A stretch of 64,000 nucleotides of DNA from an uncultured Methanosarcinaceae archaeon (GTDB lineage: Archaea > Halobacteriota > Methanosarcinia > Methanosarcinales > Methanosarcinaceae). The position numbers were made by a program, and so were the translations under genes. The notes beneath the pieces are model-generated. The model saw only the letters and a list, made by a program, of their open reading frames with translations, did no database searches and was not told the DNA's origin. The first letter of the stretch is position 1; the number at the start of each line of letters is the position of its first letter. The stretch covers positions 352,001 through 416,000 of the forward strand of contig CAWHXP010000002.1 of the NCBI GenBank assembly GCA_963833425.1. The letters run 5' to 3'. Below are positions 60,014-64,000 of the stretch, piece after piece.

Positions 60014-60505
60014 ATGGAAGCTGTTAATTTTCAGAAAATAATGATTGCTACCGACGGTTCGGTCCCCTCCGAGTTAGCTGCCGACAAAGGTATAGCGTTT
60101 GCTAGATTGAGTGGAGGGACGGTTTACGCAGTCCATGTATTGTCAAAAGCTTACTTATCTGCTATGGATGGGAGTGCCTATCCTTCTTTTGGTATGAATC
60201 CTGATTGGGAATCGATAAAGGAGGCTTTTCAAAGACATGGACAGCAGGCTTTGGATTATGTAAAAAATTTAGGAAAGATTAAAGGAGTTAATGTCGAATC
60301 TATCATGCTTGAAGGAAATCCCGCAGACGAGCTTACCCGGTATGCTGAAGAGAATAAAATGAATATTGTTATTATGGGTACTCTCGGAAAGTCAGGAATA
60401 GATAGATTTCTTCTGGGTAGCGTAACAGAAAATATTCTCCGCCACTCGAAAGTTCCTGTTATGGTTGTGAAGGAAAAGTATAAGCCATGGGCTGAATGCA
60501 AGTAA
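60014..60505 (+). CDS. Universal stress protein (UspA family)
   Basis: IMIATDGS, GNPADEL and VIMGTLGKSGIDRFLLGSV motifs. Confidence 0.95.
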   Translation: MEAVNFQKIMIATDGSVPSELAADKGIAFARLSGGTVYAVHVLSKAYLSAMDGSAYPSFGMNPDWESIKEAFQRHGQQALDYVKNLGKIKGVNVESIMLEGNPADELTRYAEENKMNIVIMGTLGKSGIDRFLLGSVTENILRHSKVPVMVVKEKYKPWAECK

Positions 60506-60851
60506 ATTATAAATTGTAGATTCCTCCATTGATCCAATTTTACATTTTTTTAAACTCTATAGATTCTTAGTCTCACCATGAGTGATTGATCTAATTCTAA
60601 AAAATAGATACTTTCACAGTGTTTGAAGAATATGTAGAGAGGTTCTATTGTATATTGTTTTCAATGACTACTCCCACAGCAAGAATTATAATATTTTAGA
60701 ATAGTAAACTTTTTAATATCTCATAAGATCGTAAAAATTTACTATTCATTGTTATACTTGCACTATACATCTAGATTTTCTCAATACTTACATTATTTAT
60801 TAGGATAATCTTTGTATTTACATTATTTATTATGTTAATTTTTATATTCTC

Positions 60852-60940
60852 TATATATTTTTTATAACTTCTGATTTTAATTAATCATTATATATTATCC
60901 ATAAACATATGAATAAATTAAGGAATTTATCGAAATCCTC
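60852..60940. mobile_element. Decayed MITE, right TIR intact
   Basis: Ends GGAATTTATCGAAATCCTC-TATA; left part CTTCTGATTTT resembles the family interior. Confidence 0.55.
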
Positions 60941-60999
60941 TATAGCCCTAGTTTCTCTAGAAATTGTTTTCTGCATTAGGTTTCTAAAAGTTTGCTCTG

Positions 61000-61480
61000 G
61001 TATTCTAGAAATTCTGATTTAGTGACTTAAAAAGAAACGTAAAAGCCTTTTTTAGTTGTATGAGAAAATCTTCATCTAATTTTACATTATAAAGCTCTCT
61101 CACTTTAGATAGCTTTTAATTGAGAAATTGAGAGCTCCTGCAAGGTTAGCTCCTTGAAGTTTAGTTTTTCTAAGATTAGCTCTCTCAAGGTTAGCTCCGT
61201 GAAGATCAGCTTTTATTAAATAAGTTGCTCTAAAATTAGCTTCTTCAATGTCAGCTTCATCAAGGATAGCTCTCCAAAGCTTGATCCTTCAAGATCGGCC
61301 ATAAAAAGATTAGCTCTTTCAAGGATAGATCCTTCAAAGTTGCTACTTCAAGGTTCGCCCCTTAAAGATTAGCTCCTCTAAGGTTAACCATAAAAAGATT
61401 AGCCATCTAAGGTTAGCGCTGTCAAGGTTGATTCTTTTAAATTAGCTTTCAAAAAGTTAATTTCTCCAAAACCAATAAAT
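61000..61480 (-). pseudogene. Pentapeptide-repeat protein pseudogene
   Basis: Not in the ORF track. 15-bp periodic GCTAA(T/C)CTT gives ADLHG ANLER ANLRK TKLQG ANLAG; frameshifts and stops. Confidence 0.8.
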
Positions 61481-62425
61481 CAATAACCTCTTCCTGTTAC
61501 CACGAAATTTTTACTTCATTGACTTTTTATCAATTGTAAACCGTAATCAACGGCAATTCAAGTGTAGCTAACAAATAGTACACGCAGGAGTATCTGAAAA
61601 TATCTAAACTGTAGCTGGAAATTACATAAACTAAAATATCGGTAGCAAAAGTTCCATTGCAGAAATGAAATATCAAAATGTTTGACTATGTGCCTGTAAA
61701 CTCAATGATGTCATATCATGCAAAAATACACTTCCCATAGCATGTTAGTTACCCATTCAATGCGAAAAGTATTATAATTTCTTTAATACCCATTAAAAAT
61801 CCAGGTTTAACTCAATTTCCTCAGACACCCTTATCTTTTGAAAAATTAATAAATTCGGCGACTCTAAAATAGATCTTGTGTGGGCTAGCATACTTTTCCC
61901 CCATAGCCATTGAATGTTAACTTTACCTTGAGCTTATCAGTGGCGTCTTCCTTGATTATATTTGTGTCTAGAAGCAAGGGAGCCAATATACAAAGCAGTG
62001 GGCATCCTATATTATAATCGTGAAAATGAGGCAACAGTTAGTGTCAGAATTGGAAGCATAAAAGCTATTGGATTGAAAATGAACCGATTTGTTTAAAATA
62101 ATTAAATTTATGGTGGCAGGAGACGATCAAATTTGCTCACTTGCTCATAAATCAGTTTCAATCATCCAATTTGCAAGATCAGGATTTAGCGGGAATGATA
62201 CATCTAAAGCGAAAAAATGAAGTGAAGACTCAAATGATATCATGGAATTTATTGGTGCATCATCTGAATATTTGAAGTGCTCCTCATACAAGCAGAACTT
62301 GAAGAGCTTGATTCTGACATGAGATATCTACAAATCTTCTTGAAACTGCAAACCTAAATGAAATTATAGCAATTGAAGATATGTGAAATGGAAAAGAAGT
62401 GAAAACTCAATATAATAGATTGTTT

Positions 62426-62752
62426 TCACTTAAAAAATATTTTTTCTTTATTTTTCATTCTCTGAATCTCGTCTTCAAGTATTTTTATTCTTGATTCAAG
62501 TTCTTGCATATCTTTTCGAGTAAACATGTCTGCTTTTGAGATTGCGTCCTGAATTTTGTCAGAAATTTTTCTTTCAAGATCAATTTTCTGTTTTTTGCTT
62601 TCTTCAAGCACATCCTGAATAACTTTTTTGCCCTCTTCCTTACTGATGGTTCCTTTATCTACCAAATCCTTTACCATTTCATCTATTTTTTCTTCGGTCA
62701 TTGCCCAGAGGCCAGCTCCTATGAGCCCAAGTTTTCTGACTGATTCTCTCAT
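62426..62752 (-). CDS. Phasin-like (polyhydroxyalkanoate granule-associated family) protein
   Basis: MRESVRKLGLIGAG...EKIDEMVKDLVDKGTISKEEGK...TRKDMQELESRI. Confidence 0.8.
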   Translation of the reverse strand: MRESVRKLGLIGAGLWAMTEEKIDEMVKDLVDKGTISKEEGKKVIQDVLEESKKQKIDLERKISDKIQDAISKADMFTRKDMQELESRIKILEDEIQRMKNKEKIFFK

Positions 62753-62925
62753 GTATAAACACTGCCTTATACTTATTAACCTGAAAAGAAATAATTTAAA
62801 AATAATCAACCCGATATGGTCATAATGATGTATTAAAAGTTCCTCTTATTATCAAAATCTTATTTATATAAATATATTCTAGCTGGATACATATTCATCG
62901 AAAGCCATTCCTTAAACTAAATTAT

Positions 62926-63072
62926 GAGGATTTCGATAAACATCTATACATTTGAAAATTGGAGAGTTTAAATATATTAACCTTAAAGAATTTCGATAAA
63001 TCCTTAAATTTAGTCATATGTTGTAAAGAGGATACGAATTAATCACAAAAATCAGAGGTAATCGAAATTTTC
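62926..63072. mobile_element. Decayed MITE plus an extra orphan TIR
   Basis: TIR at 62926, second TIR at about 62986, right TIR GAGGTAATCGAAATTTTC ending at 63072. Confidence 0.6.
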
Positions 63073-63196
63073 TACAATAAGTTAAACATCATTAAATTGA
63101 TTTTTGATGGATTGAATGGTCATAGATTTTCTTTTTAAGCTCAATACTTTCTTTGCATTAGATGAATCTGTTATTTTTCATCGAGTAAATCTATTA

Positions 63197-64000
63197 TTAT
63201 AGTTCCATCTGTGAGATTATCTTTCGAATAGCTTCTGATGATTTTCTGAGAATTTCATTTTGGTCTGGATCTAATTTGAGTTCAAAAATGTTTTCGACTC
63301 CAGAAGCTCCAAGTTTCACTGGTACTCCGAAATAAATCCCCTCCTGGCCGTATTGCCCTTCCAGATAAGCACAAGCTGGAAGCATTCTCTTTGAGTCTTT
63401 AATCACAGCTTCGGCCATAGACACGATAGCTGAAGAAGGTGCATAAAAAGCACTTCCCTGTTTCAGGAGTCCTACAATTTCGGCTCCTCCATTTACTGTT
63501 CTCTCTACCAATCTGAAAATCTGATCATCTGAGAGCAGGTATGTGAGTGGAATTCCCGAGACAGTAGAATATTTTGGGAGAGGTATCATAAGATCACCAT
63601 GGCCCCCTATAACCGTTGCATGTACATCTTTTTTCGAACACCCGAGTTCTTCTGCAATAAAGCTCGCAAAACGTCCTGCATCCAGAACCCCGCTCATTCC
63701 GAATACTTTTGTTACCTCAAATCCTGTTGATTTCATTGCTACATAGGTCATAATATCAAGTGGATTTGTAACATTTATTACTATAGATTTGGGAGCATAT
63801 TTAGCAATATTTTTAGAGATTTCAACAACTATCTTGGAGTTTATTTTAATCAAATCTTCTCGACTCATCCCAGGCTTTCTGGCAATTCCTGCTGTAATTA
63901 TTGCAAGATCAGAATTTTCAATGTCTGAGTAATCGTTACTTCCCAATATTTGGGTATCATAATCTTCTATTGCACCTGCTTGCATGAGATCAAGAGCTTT
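63197..64000 (-). CDS. mdh: Malate dehydrogenase, LDH-like (5' end beyond the window)
   Basis: TAGIARKPGMSREDL (Arg specificity loop), VTNPLD, LDAGRF and GGHGD motifs; frame open to 64000. Confidence 0.95.
   Translation of the reverse strand, partial: KALDLMQAGAIEDYDTQILGSNDYSDIENSDLAIITAGIARKPGMSREDLIKINSKIVVEISKNIAKYAPKSIVINVTNPLDIMTYVAMKSTGFEVTKVFGMSGVLDAGRFASFIAEELGCSKKDVHATVIGGHGDLMIPLPKYSTVSGIPLTYLLSDDQIFRLVERTVNGGAEIVGLLKQGSAFYAPSSAIVSMAEAVIKDSKRMLPACAYLEGQYGQEGIYFGVPVKLGASGVENIFELKLDPDQNEILRKSSEAIRKIISQMEL

Noticed and set aside
1..64000. CRISPR array or cas genes
   Set aside because: No regularly spaced repeat-spacer pattern; the periodic repeats are coding or transposon ends.

Overview
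AT-rich archaeal chromosome segment. The protein sequences point to a Methanosarcina-type methanogen (judged by eye, no search run). Intact housekeeping genes (rpl15e, cbf5/truB, cmk, DUF106, UPF0200/UPF0201, FKBP PPIase, tRNA-Ser(UGA), carA-carB-argG, two USPs, mdh) are separated by long regions of decay. These regions hold five copies of one defective IS5-family element, about ten ~89-bp MITEs sharing its terminal inverted repeats, remnants of IS110-, ISNCY-, IS5- and IS200/IS605 (tnpA-tnpB)-type elements, and many frameshifted pseudogenes (P-type ATPase, AI-2E, acyltransferase, Kelch, CHAT-STAND-WD40, pentapeptide repeat). Best leads: (1) a PIG-A-like GT4 + CE4 deacetylase + UPF0104 flippase operon, a candidate GPI-core-like glycolipid pathway; (2) a decayed CHAT protease-nSTAND1-TM-WD40 NLR-like gene; (3) a possible composite transposon carrying DUF106-cmk-cbf5; (4) a family of small secreted repeat proteins; (5) a MITE that supplies the argG stop codon. 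Product calls are from motif recognition only, and remnant boundaries are approximate.
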